DNA of 64,000 bases, taken from the NCBI GenBank assembly GCA_963823665.1, contig CAWGMQ010000004.1:2976001-3040000 (forward strand). The letters are read 5' to 3'. The translations under genes and the position numbers were made by a program. The DNA is from an uncultured Planctomycetota bacterium. GTDB taxonomy: Bacteria; Planctomycetota; Planctomycetia; Isosphaerales; Isosphaeraceae. This document shows positions 51,842 to 62,122 of the stretch, piece after piece. The notes below the pieces were generated by a model. It searched no databases. It had not been told where the DNA came from and worked only from the letters and a program-made list of their open reading frames with translations. How positions within the stretch are numbered: position 1 is the first letter of the stretch; each line of letters opens with the position of its first letter.

Positions 51842-52696
51842 ATGAGTCGGAAGCAAAGGCGCTACAGCCCGACCGTCGAGCTGCTCGAGGCCGTGCGCCT
51901 ACTCTCGAGCGCCACCGAAGCGCACCCGCTCGCGACTCTTGCGGCCGAGCACGAGTTGCTGGCCGATCTGCCCGGTGCCGTATCGCATCTGGAAGATGAT
52001 GCGACACCGTTCTCGACGGCGGCGTGGGATGAGGCGCTCGTACAGACCGAGCTTTCCGACATCCTGGGTTCAGTCGGTTCATCGAGCTCCAGTTCCACGG
52101 CGGCTACGTCCGCCGCGAAGTCTTCGCCCACGGTCTTGTCGCAGCCGGCCGCGACCGTCGACTTCAAAGACCTGACGTCCGGGCTAAGCCAGTTGAGCAA
52201 GTATCTGAGTCGAGCTTGGTATCGAGCAGGCATTTCCCCGCAGCTCCACGACGACAGCACCCAGGCGGTGTATGTCACGCTGCTTCAGCAGCTCGGCCGG
52301 GGCAGCTTCGACTCGCTGATTGCAGACGTCGGCCACTCGGGAATCAAGGATGTTTTCACGCGGGAGACCTCCGAGGGTCTGGCCTTCTTCCGAGCCGTTG
52401 ACATGGTGAAGAAGCGGGCTCAGCGCGAGCGGGTGCACCATTCGCTCGACGCACTCGATGTCGCTGGCCCGGTTGATTCGCACGGCATGAGTACATCGCG
52501 GCGGCAAGCGCTGCTCGAGGCGATCGAGAATACGCTCAGCCCTCGCGAAGCCGCCTTGATCCGGGCTACATTGATGGGCAAAACCCCCGCCGAGATCGCA
52601 GATCAGTGGGGAGTCTCGCCCAAGACGGTGAGCAACGAAAAGACCCGCGTCCTGCAGAAACTGCGTCTTGCACTCGCCGACCACGAGATGAACTGA
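51842..52696 (+). CDS. Atypical sigma-70/ECF-like protein with a planctomycete LExxRLL-type N-terminus
   Basis: PTVELLEAVRLLS; HDDSTQAVY (sigma2-like); LSPREAALI...GKTPAEIADQWGVSPKTVSNEKTRVLQKLR (sigma4 HTH). Confidence 0.72.
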   Translation: MSRKQRRYSPTVELLEAVRLLSSATEAHPLATLAAEHELLADLPGAVSHLEDDATPFSTAAWDEALVQTELSDILGSVGSSSSSSTAATSAAKSSPTVLSQPAATVDFKDLTSGLSQLSKYLSRAWYRAGISPQLHDDSTQAVYVTLLQQLGRGSFDSLIADVGHSGIKDVFTRETSEGLAFFRAVDMVKKRAQRERVHHSLDALDVAGPVDSHGMSTSRRQALLEAIENTLSPREAALIRATLMGKTPAEIADQWGVSPKTVSNEKTRVLQKLRLALADHEMN

Positions 52697-52900
52697 AAAA
52701 GAGCGCGTGCGCATCGCACAGCGCGGGCTGGCCGTGCGCAGCGTACGTGAGGCATTGGCCTGACGCAGTTTCTCAAAAAACGCGTCTCCAACCGGCGCAT
52801 CACGCCATGCACATTGCCCGTGCCCTTGCGCTGTGTTAACTTCTCGCGAAAGCTGGAAGAAGGCAAGGCGCACGCGACATGCCAGAATTGGAGCCGGACG

Positions 52901-54133
52901 ATGATCCAAATTGCTAACAGCACGGGGTGCCTGCGGGCAACGACGACTTCTCTGGCACTCTATCTGTTCACAGTCGGCATCGCTTCAACAGGTGTTTCCC
53001 AAGCGGCGGAAACCACACCGACTGACCCCGAGTCGGGAGTGTTCCGGGTTTACGTGGGAACCTACACCAGTGGCGGAGGCGGCAGCCGTGGGATTTATCT
53101 GCTCGACCTGGACTTGCACTCCGGCAAATTGAGTGAGCCGCAGCTTGCGTGTGAAGCGACCGACCCGTCGTTCCTGGCCATTCATCCCGGAGGAAGGCTG
53201 CTTTATGCTGTAAGCGAGCGCACTGAGGTCGATGGTCGGCCCGGTGGGGCGGTGCTGGCATTTGCCATCGACGAGGCCACTGGAAACCTGGGCTTGATCA
53301 ATCAGCAATCATCGCGAGGTGCGGACCCGTGTCATCTGGTGGTGGATAGGGCTGGAAAGAATGTCCTCGTGGCAAATTACACCGGTGGCAGCATCGCTTC
53401 CCTGCCGATCGACGCGGATGGACGGCTGGGCGCGAGCTCGACTTTCATTCAGCACAAGGGCAAGGGAAGCGATCCCAGCAGGCAGGACGGTCCGCACGCG
53501 CACTCGATCAACCTCAACCGGTCAGGCCGATTTGCCGTGGTCGCCGATCTCGGTTTGGACAGAGTTTTCGTTTATCGGTTTGACAGCGGCAAAGGAACGC
53601 TCGAAGCCAATGATCCACCGTTTGCCAACGTGGCGCCGAAGTCTGGTCCACGGCACTTCGCGTTTGCCCCCGACGGCCGATTCGGCTATGTGATCAGCGA
53701 GCTGGCGAACACGGTCACGGCGTTTGAGTACGACGATGCCGGGGGATCGTTGAAACCAATCCAGACGATATCGACATTGCCCGCGAGCTTTGAGGGAAAG
53801 AGTTATACAGCGGAGGTGCAGGTTCATCCGTTGGGCAAATTCGTGTACGGGTCGAACCGCGGGCATGACAGCATCGTAGTTTTCGCCGTCGATCCCGGCA
53901 CCGGCAAGCTCCGCTCAGTCGGGTTCGTGCCCACGCAAGGCCGGAATCCGCGCAATTTCGCGATCGATCCAACAGGTGCTTATCTTTTGGCAGAGAACGG
54001 CGATTCGGGGACGATCGTGGTGTTCCGGATCGATGCAGAAAGCGGTGCGCTTCGCGCCACTGGCCAGAGCGTCCGCGTTCCCAAACCGGTTTGCATCAAG
54101 ATGATTCCCAAGCCTCTCGGGCCGACGCGTTAA
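52901..54133 (+). CDS. Lactonase, 6-phosphogluconolactonase (YbhE-type beta-propeller)
   Basis: YVGTYT, VANYTGG, RQDGPHAH, GPRHF, SNRGHDS, PRNF. Confidence 0.92.
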   Translation: MIQIANSTGCLRATTTSLALYLFTVGIASTGVSQAAETTPTDPESGVFRVYVGTYTSGGGGSRGIYLLDLDLHSGKLSEPQLACEATDPSFLAIHPGGRLLYAVSERTEVDGRPGGAVLAFAIDEATGNLGLINQQSSRGADPCHLVVDRAGKNVLVANYTGGSIASLPIDADGRLGASSTFIQHKGKGSDPSRQDGPHAHSINLNRSGRFAVVADLGLDRVFVYRFDSGKGTLEANDPPFANVAPKSGPRHFAFAPDGRFGYVISELANTVTAFEYDDAGGSLKPIQTISTLPASFEGKSYTAEVQVHPLGKFVYGSNRGHDSIVVFAVDPGTGKLRSVGFVPTQGRNPRNFAIDPTGAYLLAENGDSGTIVVFRIDAESGALRATGQSVRVPKPVCIKMIPKPLGPTR

Positions 54134-54163
54134 GAACTGTTGGTTTTTGACGGTGAAGTCGAG

Positions 54164-54994
54164 ATGAAAGAACTTGCCCGCTACATGGATGGTCCGGGGC
54201 CCGACCTTGAGCGTCAGGCGAAGCTCTTCGTGCTTCTCTATTCGACGGAAGAAGTCGCGGCCCGGAAAGGGAGGATTTACGAGTCGCTGATCGCGCAGTC
54301 GCCGCAAGTGCGCGATGGGAATTTCCGGCTAATCGGCACGGATGACCTGGAGCGTCTATTCAACTGGTATGACCGCGAGTTCTTCGCGGGGCGGCTCGGC
54401 GAAATGCTCATGGAGGACGAGGCCCACCCGGTGACGTTTCGGTTGTCTCGGCGGCTGGTGAGCGCCGCCGGTCAGACCATCCGGCAAGTGACTCGCGTTC
54501 AGAGGCAAGGCACGCCGTTCGCGAAGGTGGAATACGAGATCACGATCTCGGCCACGCTTCTCTTCAACACGTTCCAGGACGTGGATCGGCCGGTGACGGT
54601 CGGCGGCTTGCTCTGTCGCGACCGGGTCGAGGCGCTGCAGCGTATTTTCGAGCACGAGCTGCTGCACCTGGCGGAGTTTCTGGCCTGGGGACGCTCGAAC
54701 TGTCGTGCCGATAATTTCCATAAGCTCTCCAGGCGCATCTTCGCCCACGAAGGTGCTTTTCACGACTTGATCACACCCGGCGAACAGGCGCGGGCAGCGT
54801 ATGGCATCCGGATCGGCGACAACGTCAGCTTTGAAGTCGAAGGCAGGCAGCACGCCGGCCGCGTCAATCGCATTACGCGGCGCGCAACCGTGCTCGTCGA
54901 AGACCCGCGCGGCGTGCTGTTCGACGACGGCAATCGATACCTCACGTTTTACGTGCCGCTGCCGCTCCTGAGGAAGGAATCGCGAGCGGGTTGA
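54164..54994 (+). CDS. SprT-like zinc metalloprotease domain protein
   Basis: FEHELLHL motif, AAGQT, small C-terminal beta domain. Confidence 0.7.
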   Translation: MKELARYMDGPGPDLERQAKLFVLLYSTEEVAARKGRIYESLIAQSPQVRDGNFRLIGTDDLERLFNWYDREFFAGRLGEMLMEDEAHPVTFRLSRRLVSAAGQTIRQVTRVQRQGTPFAKVEYEITISATLLFNTFQDVDRPVTVGGLLCRDRVEALQRIFEHELLHLAEFLAWGRSNCRADNFHKLSRRIFAHEGAFHDLITPGEQARAAYGIRIGDNVSFEVEGRQHAGRVNRITRRATVLVEDPRGVLFDDGNRYLTFYVPLPLLRKESRAG

Positions 54995-55026
54995 GCTTCG
55001 CGTGAGTATGATCGCTTGCAGGTGCC

Positions 55027-55581
55027 ATGAATCGACTTCACCCGCGTTTCAAAGTGCGTACGATGATGCTTGTCGTCGCGCTCGTCGGCGTGGCTTGCCT
55101 GGGCGGGCGGGAAGTCTGGCGGCGATGGCTCCGCCCACAGTACTCAAGTCCGGTCTTCCCGTCGCGCGTCAGTGCACAGGTTGGCTCGGGTTCGGGGCAC
55201 GAGCTTCTCTGGAACCCGGACCAACCAACGCTCGTCTTCATAACATACGATTTCAAGTTCGGCCCGCGGAAGCCCCCTCCCGGTTTGAGCGTGGTGCTCT
55301 TCGCAGAGGTCTGGTTCGAAGAGGTTGCAACGGGCGCGGCCGTGGAGACTTACACGTTCGATTCGGTTCTCACCGCCGGTACGCGCGACGCGACGTCAGG
55401 AACTTTCCCCTGGGAGGCGTCGCTTCCACACCCCGGACGGTATCAGCTCCGGTCCATGTTGCATTGGAAAACTCCGACGGGTGAGCTTCGAGGGATGAAC
55501 GGAAACGGTCGATTGTTTATAGTCGTGCCAGCCAACGAGCAAGGTCAGCCAAAACACAGCGTAATCCCACTCCAGGAATGA
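55027..55581 (+). CDS. Hypothetical membrane-anchored protein
   Basis: RFKVRTMMLVVAL N-terminal anchor. Confidence 0.65.
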   Translation: MNRLHPRFKVRTMMLVVALVGVACLGGREVWRRWLRPQYSSPVFPSRVSAQVGSGSGHELLWNPDQPTLVFITYDFKFGPRKPPPGLSVVLFAEVWFEEVATGAAVETYTFDSVLTAGTRDATSGTFPWEASLPHPGRYQLRSMLHWKTPTGELRGMNGNGRLFIVVPANEQGQPKHSVIPLQE

Positions 55582-55726
55582 TCTCCGGCTTTCGAATTTG
55601 AACGCTTCGTGAACTGGAAAACCTCGTCTCGACGCTCCGCGCCGGAAGGGCCTGCGTGCCGCTCAGTGGCGCGCTCGCTGTCGATCACTGCGGATCCGGC
55701 CCGACCCATTCCTCAGGAGCGAAATC

Positions 55727-56077
55727 TTGATCCCTCTCAGTTCGCGCCTTCGGAAGCTACTTCTCGCGCTGGCGCTCCTGCCATCGATCGCCGCAGTGTA
55801 CTGCAGCGGCTATCACCTGGGTTATCAGGCCGGCCTGAACGATAAGGGTCCCCAACGTCGGGTGCTCGTGCTCGTGCGGCAGAACCCAGGCAGCAGTAGC
55901 TCGAGCAATTCAATCGCTGGCTGGTTCGACATCAGCGATCCTCGAGACGCCACGAAGCTCGCAAAGGAAGAGCAGCGACTGAAAGCCATCGGCGCGAATT
56001 ACTACGTGGCCAAGGTGCGAGCCGAGACCACGCTCAGTCCCGAGCCTGATCCGCGAAGGGTTAACGCGCACAAATGA
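55727..56077 (+). CDS. Hypothetical exported protein
   Basis: AGGAG RBS before TTG; hydrophobic N-terminus. Confidence 0.55.
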   Translation: MIPLSSRLRKLLLALALLPSIAAVYCSGYHLGYQAGLNDKGPQRRVLVLVRQNPGSSSSSNSIAGWFDISDPRDATKLAKEEQRLKAIGANYYVAKVRAETTLSPEPDPRRVNAHK

Positions 56078-56122
56078 TATTACGATTCAGTTATCCGGAT
56101 CTGTCGTCGCGGGATTCAGTGA

Positions 56123-56590
56123 ATGCTCACCGGTCGCTCTCTCGGAGTTAATGCTGTGATGATGCCATCTGAAAGCAAACAGAACGTCCGATTCCAGTTG
56201 CGGGTCAATGGTGAAGTCAAGGCGACCGCGGGTCTGGATTCAATCGGCGTGTTGAGCCAGACCCTTACGTGGGTGCGCCGAGATCCGGATAAGGCGCCGA
56301 GCGACGAGACCGACATCGCGTGCTGGGTGTGCAACAAGATCCATGTCCGTCTGGGCGGGTTGGATTCGACGAGCGACGAGCACCTCGATTGGCACCGGGC
56401 CGAGCTTCGAGTGGGTGATGAAATCCGCGTCCAGATCCTGGCGCCCGGCGAGTTCGACGTCCCAATCAAACGCTTTTGCTCGAGTTGTGGCCTCAAACAC
56501 AGGCCGCGCTCTCCGAGGGGCTCGTATCGGAGACGTCAAATCAGAGGCCCGTCGTGGCGTAAACGCTGGATGTGTCCGTCAAACCGTTAG
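56123..56590 (+). CDS. Hypothetical protein
   Basis: Plausible composition; CSSC near the C-terminus; start uncertain. Confidence 0.5.
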   Translation: MLTGRSLGVNAVMMPSESKQNVRFQLRVNGEVKATAGLDSIGVLSQTLTWVRRDPDKAPSDETDIACWVCNKIHVRLGGLDSTSDEHLDWHRAELRVGDEIRVQILAPGEFDVPIKRFCSSCGLKHRPRSPRGSYRRRQIRGPSWRKRWMCPSNR

Positions 56591-56848
56591 CCGCAGGCGA
56601 TCCCGCTTTTTCTTCGCTTGAAAGGGTCCGGCTTGCTGCCGGAAAAGCAAGCCGGCTGCGGGGTTTCCGACGATCGAGGTAGTCGATGGCTCTGCTCAGG
56701 CGGTCCAATCTCCCTATCGGCTGGCGCGACGGGTATCGTGAGTTCCCCGAACGCGTTCAAGTAAAAGCTTTCCCCTTGTAATTATAATGAGTGTTCGTGA
56801 CAGGAACGGAAAGCCCGGCTCCCGACACCGAATCGCGAGGCTTCTCCG

Positions 56849-57499
56849 ATGGTGGGTAGTTCCATGCAACGCGTTCGAGTGTTCCTCATCCGGCTTTCGA
56901 TCATTGGACCGCCGGCGCTAATCGTCGCGTGTGCTCTGACGATGGCCTACAAGGAATTCTCTGCCCGCCGGGACGTGGTCGACTATCTCAAGCTCGCGGC
57001 CGATGCGCCGACTCTGCCACTTGCAGAACGATACCTTTCCACCGCTGTCCGCAACATGGAAGCTCGCCGCTGGACCTCCGGCAGTACGGCCTTGATCTTC
57101 AAAGTCCCACTTCGGGACCTTGGCTTCTGGTACCAGAATACGAAAGGCGCGCTCGACGCGATCGAAACGCTGATCGCCACCGATGCAAGTCTCACGCCTG
57201 TGGACCGCTCGAACGCACTCGTGAAACTACGCGAAACGCTGATGGACGGAAACCACTTGACGTTTCCAGAGTGGGCCGAGCTCGCGCCCTATAATGCCCT
57301 GTTTTTCTGGATGGTGGTCGTGGGGGCGGTCGGATCGATTCACTCGAGTTGTGCATTTGTGGCGTGGATTGCCCGGTGGATGCTGGCACAGTCGCGATTG
57401 AGTGCGACTCTTCGCATGCCGGCGTGGTTCCAAAACTACTGGCGGTGGATCGATCGACAGGCCGCATCATTCGGCCCAAGCCGAGGCACATGGGGTTGA
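56849..57499 (+). CDS. Hypothetical membrane protein
   Basis: Two hydrophobic segments around a soluble domain. Confidence 0.6.
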   Translation: MVGSSMQRVRVFLIRLSIIGPPALIVACALTMAYKEFSARRDVVDYLKLAADAPTLPLAERYLSTAVRNMEARRWTSGSTALIFKVPLRDLGFWYQNTKGALDAIETLIATDASLTPVDRSNALVKLRETLMDGNHLTFPEWAELAPYNALFFWMVVVGAVGSIHSSCAFVAWIARWMLAQSRLSATLRMPAWFQNYWRWIDRQAASFGPSRGTWG

Positions 57500-57577
57500 G
57501 TGAACGCGCGATTTTGACGCCCTGAATGGGGCAATGGTCAACGGCCGGAGTCGTCCAGCCCCGGTAAGCAGCGCTCA

Positions 57578-57935
57578 TCATCGGCCTGTGCTGGGTGGTC
57601 GAGCGTTCTCCGGCGTGATCGTACCGAGGGCCACAACCCCGGGGTTCGCTTTCGATGCCGGCTCGGGAACGATGAACGGCCGCTTGAGCACGCCATCTCC
57701 ACCTCGATGAGCTCGCAACTCGCAGGCACCGGGTTGGATCTCCTCGACGCGGAACGAGCCGTCTGCCTCCACGTCGAGCCCGTGGCCGAATCCGCGCCTC
57801 GCTTGCCAGGAAGCCGCGCCCGTCTCGATGAATCGCCAGCGATGCAGCCACTCCTGGCGCTCTGCCTCGGTGAGATAGGGCGGTAACGGAACCACTGGCT
57901 CCTTCACGACGCTGAAAGTCTCGATCGTGTAACGC
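57578..57935 (-). pseudogene. Fragment of a carboxypeptidase-regulatory-like module
   Basis: ADGSFRVEEIQPGACEL...VVALGTIT resembles NDGRFRIDDVPAGKYEL...FDLGTIT of ECF C; no convincing start. Confidence 0.55.
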
Positions 57936-58142
57936 GCCGAGACAATTGTTCGTTTTCTCTCAGAATCCAGGGAGCCGACGGCAACGTCGTCACGGTTGAT
58001 TTGACCGATTGGGCAGGACCGGCGAGGCCTTGCCTGAGCTTTCGATTCGGGCAAAGATGACAGGCCGAGACGGGGAGTCGGCGTTCGGCTCAACCAACCC
58101 GAACCGGATGATCAAGCTTCTATTTGCACGCGAGGAGATGAA

Positions 58143-58592
58143 ATGTCGAGGACGAGGATTCTCGTGATACTCACCGGGTTGCTGGCCGTGGCCGCGGTCG
58201 CACTCACGTGTCCGCTGGGCATCGGTGCCACCAGGACCGCCGCCGGTCCAAAGCTTGCCCATATGGTTTACTTCAAGCTCAAGGACAGTTCGCCTGGCAA
58301 TCGGGCCAAGCTCATCGCTTCGTGCAAGCTCCTGCTCTCCGGACACGAAGGCGTTGAATACTTCTCAACCGGGAGCCTGGCGGCCGACTTCAAGAAGGAA
58401 TTTAACGACCGTGACTTCGACGTCTCCCTGAACCTTGTCTTCGTCGATAAAGACGCGCACGACAAATACCAGGAGAGCGAGCGGCACAAGAAATTCATCG
58501 AAGAGAATCTGGATACACTCGAAAAGGTGCGCGTTTTCGACTCGTATCTCTCTCCGACGCCCAGCGTGAAAGCCTCAGCCGTGGAGAAATAA
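58143..58592 (+). CDS. Dabb (stress-responsive A/B barrel) protein with signal peptide
   Basis: HMVYFKLK, YQESERHKKF, VRVFDS. Confidence 0.85.
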   Translation: MSRTRILVILTGLLAVAAVALTCPLGIGATRTAAGPKLAHMVYFKLKDSSPGNRAKLIASCKLLLSGHEGVEYFSTGSLAADFKKEFNDRDFDVSLNLVFVDKDAHDKYQESERHKKFIEENLDTLEKVRVFDSYLSPTPSVKASAVEK

Positions 58593-58657
58593 AGAACGGC
58601 AGATTCCTGAAACAGCAGCCCGGCGCCGCCGGCAACCCGCGGCGGCCGAGCCTGCGG

Positions 58658-59596
58658 TCATACTCGACCCTCGTCCGATGGGTCGTCAGGCTTTTGGCCG
58701 CCGCCGGTGCCTGGTTCGGGAGCGTCTCGGTCCGCGTCCGAGTTTTCCCGGTTGTTGCTCTCCTCGCCAGCGCCGCCGTTCTCGTCCGAACCGTTCTCGG
58801 ATCCGAGCCGATCGAGTTCTTCTGATGCGTCATGCGTCTCCTGGATCGTATGTTTGGGCCGAATCACGAAGCTCAGGATCATGATCAAGACCATCACGGA
58901 CCAGAACACAACCTCAGGGATGTGAAAGGGACGAACGTTTTCTTTGCCGAAGAACTGGGTGGCGGCATCGGAAAGACCACTGATCGTGAGCTTCAGCCCG
59001 ATCCACGCGACGAGGCAATAGGCTCCTTCAGCCAGCCCCGGGAAGCGATCGAGCAAGAGCACGAAATATCGCACCACGAATCGCATCGTGATGATTCCAA
59101 GGATCCCCCCGGTCAGAACGATGAAGTACTTCCCTCGATCTTCGAACCGCTCGGGAAAGTCATCGGCCATGCCGACGGCGGCAACGATCGAGTCGATCGA
59201 GAAGGCAATGTCGGTCAGAGTAACGGCTGCTACAGTTCCCCAGAACCCGCGAAACCAGGCTCGCAGCTTCGATTGCGTTGGCGCGGTCGCACCTTCTGCC
59301 GAATGGCGCCGCGACCAGAAGTGGGAGATTGCCAGGTACAGAAGATAACCACCCCCGATCACCTTGAATTGCCACAGCTTGAGCAGGATCGCCGATAGAA
59401 AAACGGCAACCACACGGAAACCGATCGCGCCCCAGATTCCCCATTGCAAAACCCGGCGACGATCATGGCGCTCAAGGTGCCGGACCATGAGCGCCAGCAC
59501 CAAAGCGTTGTCAGCGCTCAAAAGACCTTCCAGGAACACCAGCACAGCGATGTACCAGGCGACTAGGGGAACGTCTCCGGCCAAGGGGCCCATCAT
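58658..59596 (-). CDS. TerC-family membrane protein
   Basis: LEGLLSADNALVL, DIAFSIDSIVAAV. Confidence 0.92.
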   Translation of the reverse strand: MMGPLAGDVPLVAWYIAVLVFLEGLLSADNALVLALMVRHLERHDRRRVLQWGIWGAIGFRVVAVFLSAILLKLWQFKVIGGGYLLYLAISHFWSRRHSAEGATAPTQSKLRAWFRGFWGTVAAVTLTDIAFSIDSIVAAVGMADDFPERFEDRGKYFIVLTGGILGIITMRFVVRYFVLLLDRFPGLAEGAYCLVAWIGLKLTISGLSDAATQFFGKENVRPFHIPEVVFWSVMVLIMILSFVIRPKHTIQETHDASEELDRLGSENGSDENGGAGEESNNRENSDADRDAPEPGTGGGQKPDDPSDEGRV

Positions 59597-59758
59597 GAGG
59601 CTCTTACCTCCGGCAGTCGTCTGGATACATTACTGGGGGGCTCCATCAGGCTCATCCGCCGATCGGCGTACTCAAAGACCGGCATTGAAACGAAGGAAAT
59701 ATCTTTACCACAACGGTGAAGCCGGGGCGACAGCCCGCACCGGCTCGCTTGAGCCACA

Positions 59759-61482
59759 ATGACAACCGGATCCGCCGCCAAGTCGAATGTGACCCGATCG
59801 GACCGCAGGTCCGTGAGCCGGCTCTCCCTGGTGATGGGCCTGGTTGCGGGCCTGGCCGTCCTGCTCACGCTGGACGGGCCGGGACTGACGATCGACGAGC
59901 CACTGGATGTTCGCCCCGGCCGGACTTATATCGCGACCATTCGCGAGTTCGGGTTTCGGTTTTTCGACCCCAAGGTGGTCGACCGTGTATTCCGAGACAA
60001 CGCCGAACACCCTCCGCTTGGACGGTGGCTCCTGGGGATCGCCTCCACACTCGGCGAGCCATTCGAAGTGATCTGGATGGGGCCCGACCCGACCGGCCAA
60101 TATGTCCTGGTCGGTCGGCTCGCTCCCGCAGCGGCGTTCGCGCTGCTGGTGAGTGTCGTAACCAGCACCGCCGGCCGCCGTTGGGGTTTGCCCGCGGCCG
60201 TCGCCGCCGGCTTCGCGCTGGTGGCGATGCCGCGCGTCTTTGCCCACGCCCACCTGGCCGCACTCGACACGTTTTTGAGCCTCTTCTGGACACTTGCGCT
60301 CCTGGCCGGTGAGCGAGCAATCTCTTCCCCGCGGCTCGTGCGCGACATGGCACTTGCAGGTGTACTCTGGTCGTTGGCTCTCCTCACCAAGATCCATGCC
60401 TGGTGCCTGTTACCCATTCTCGGCGTCTGGGCTTTTTTCCGCCTTCCGCCGCGCCGTGCACTGGTTGCGATGACGATCTGGACGCTTACCGGGATCAGCC
60501 TGTTCTGGCTCGGCTGGCCGTGGATCTGGCACGACTCTCTCGCCCGCATGCGGACTTACTGGGGTACGGGGATGGCCCGGCCAACCCTCCTCGTGCAATA
60601 CTTCGGCCAGATATTCCCCGATCGGAATGTCCCCTGGCATTACCCCTGGTTCTATTTCGCTGCGACCGTGCCGCTTGGACTGCAGCTACTCGGCGTTCTG
60701 GGGCTCGTGCACGCCTTCAAGAACCGCCGTGACGACGCGTTCCCGCTACTACTGGCGGGTACGATCACGGTGTTCCTCGTTCTTTTCAGTACCAACGTCC
60801 CGGTGTACGACGGCGAACGGCTCTTTCTGCACGTGTTCCCGGCATGGTCGCTCTTGATCGGTTTCGGCTTCCAAACGCTTTGGAACCGATTTCGACCCAC
60901 CGCGGCTTGGTCGAAGCTGCGGATCATTCTGGCTGGCTTCCTCCTCGCCCAAGGCTATGGGACCGTGCTCCTGCACCCATTCGGGCTGAGCTTTTACAAC
61001 GGGCTGGTTGGCGGCCTCCCCGGCGCAGAACGCCTTGGACTGGAATTGACTTACTGGAGCGACCCCGTCGACCAGGTGCTGCTTGATCGGCTGGCACGTG
61101 AAGGCCAACCCGGAGCGACGGCGGCCCTCGTGCCGTCACTCTACCCCCAACAAGGTCTTCTGACCACGAACCGAGCCCTCGCGCGGGCCGGTATCTTCTT
61201 GCAAGACGAGCAGGAAGCGGCTCGAGCCGAGTGGGTCGTCCTGTCGCGGCGAACCGCGTACTGGCGCCCGGAAGTCCTGGAGCGACTCGAGAACAGGAGC
61301 GCGGCCAACGCATCGCCATCCGTGCGCGGCAAGGTGTTTGGCTTTCAGCATTATGGCACTTTCCTCCGCAGGAAACACCAAGCCGAAACCCAGCACGGAC
61401 CAACCCACCCAACGATGGAGGCTCTCAGCCAAGCAAAAACGATCCTGGCAACAGATGGCCTGCAAAAGACTTGCGGAAATGA
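59759..61482 (+). CDS. ArnT/PMT-like (GT39) membrane glycosyltransferase (probable frameshift near 61300)
   Basis: TIDEP, EHPPLG, ALLTKI, PWHYPW, YDGERLF; many TM helices. Confidence 0.8.
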
Positions 61483-61558
61483 CCTCTTCCCTCTAGCCGA
61501 CGCGGCGGCGATTCGTAGAATGTTTCAGAATGATTTGAACGAAACGTGAGGCCTGGCG

Positions 61559-62101
61559 ATGGGCGAGTTGTCGCATTTCGATGAGACCGGTGCGAGCCGG
61601 ATGGTGGATGTAACGGGCAAGGAGGTCACTCTCCGGACGGCGCGGGCGAGCGGGCGGGTCTGCGTGCAACCGTCGACACTCGCGCTGGTCCGGGATCGGC
61701 GATTGGCGAAGGGAGACGTTCTCGAGGTTGCCCGGCTGGCGGGGATCATGGCGGCGAAGCGAACCGGCGAATTGATACCACTTTGCCATCCACTAGGGTT
61801 AGACAGCATTGTGCTTTCGCTGTTTCCGATTGAACCCGACACAATCGGAATCGAAGCGACAGCGAAGGTGCACGGTCGCACCGGAGTCGAGATGGAAGCG
61901 ATGACGGCCGTGAGTGTGGCGGCTCTGACCGTCTACGACATGTGTAAATCTGTCGATCGCGAGATGACCATCGGCCCGATTCAACTCGAAGAGAAGACAG
62001 GTGGCCGCCGGGGGGCGTTTCGGCGCGCGAATGCACCGCCGGTTGTGGAATCCAAGCGACAATGCGACTCTGGCCAAGGGCGGTCGCCGGCTGATTCGTG
62101 A
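61559..62101 (+). CDS. moaC: Cyclic pyranopterin monophosphate synthase
   Basis: RMVDVTGK, LIPLCHP, TGVEMEA, YDMCK. Confidence 0.97.
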   Translation: MGELSHFDETGASRMVDVTGKEVTLRTARASGRVCVQPSTLALVRDRRLAKGDVLEVARLAGIMAAKRTGELIPLCHPLGLDSIVLSLFPIEPDTIGIEATAKVHGRTGVEMEAMTAVSVAALTVYDMCKSVDREMTIGPIQLEEKTGGRRGAFRRANAPPVVESKRQCDSGQGRSPADS

Positions 62102-62122
62102 GAGCGCACGGGGAGATGTCGG

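Noticed and set aside
55027..57499. Integron cassette array
   Set aside because: No integrase and no paired RYYYAAC/GTTRRRY attC structures found by eye.
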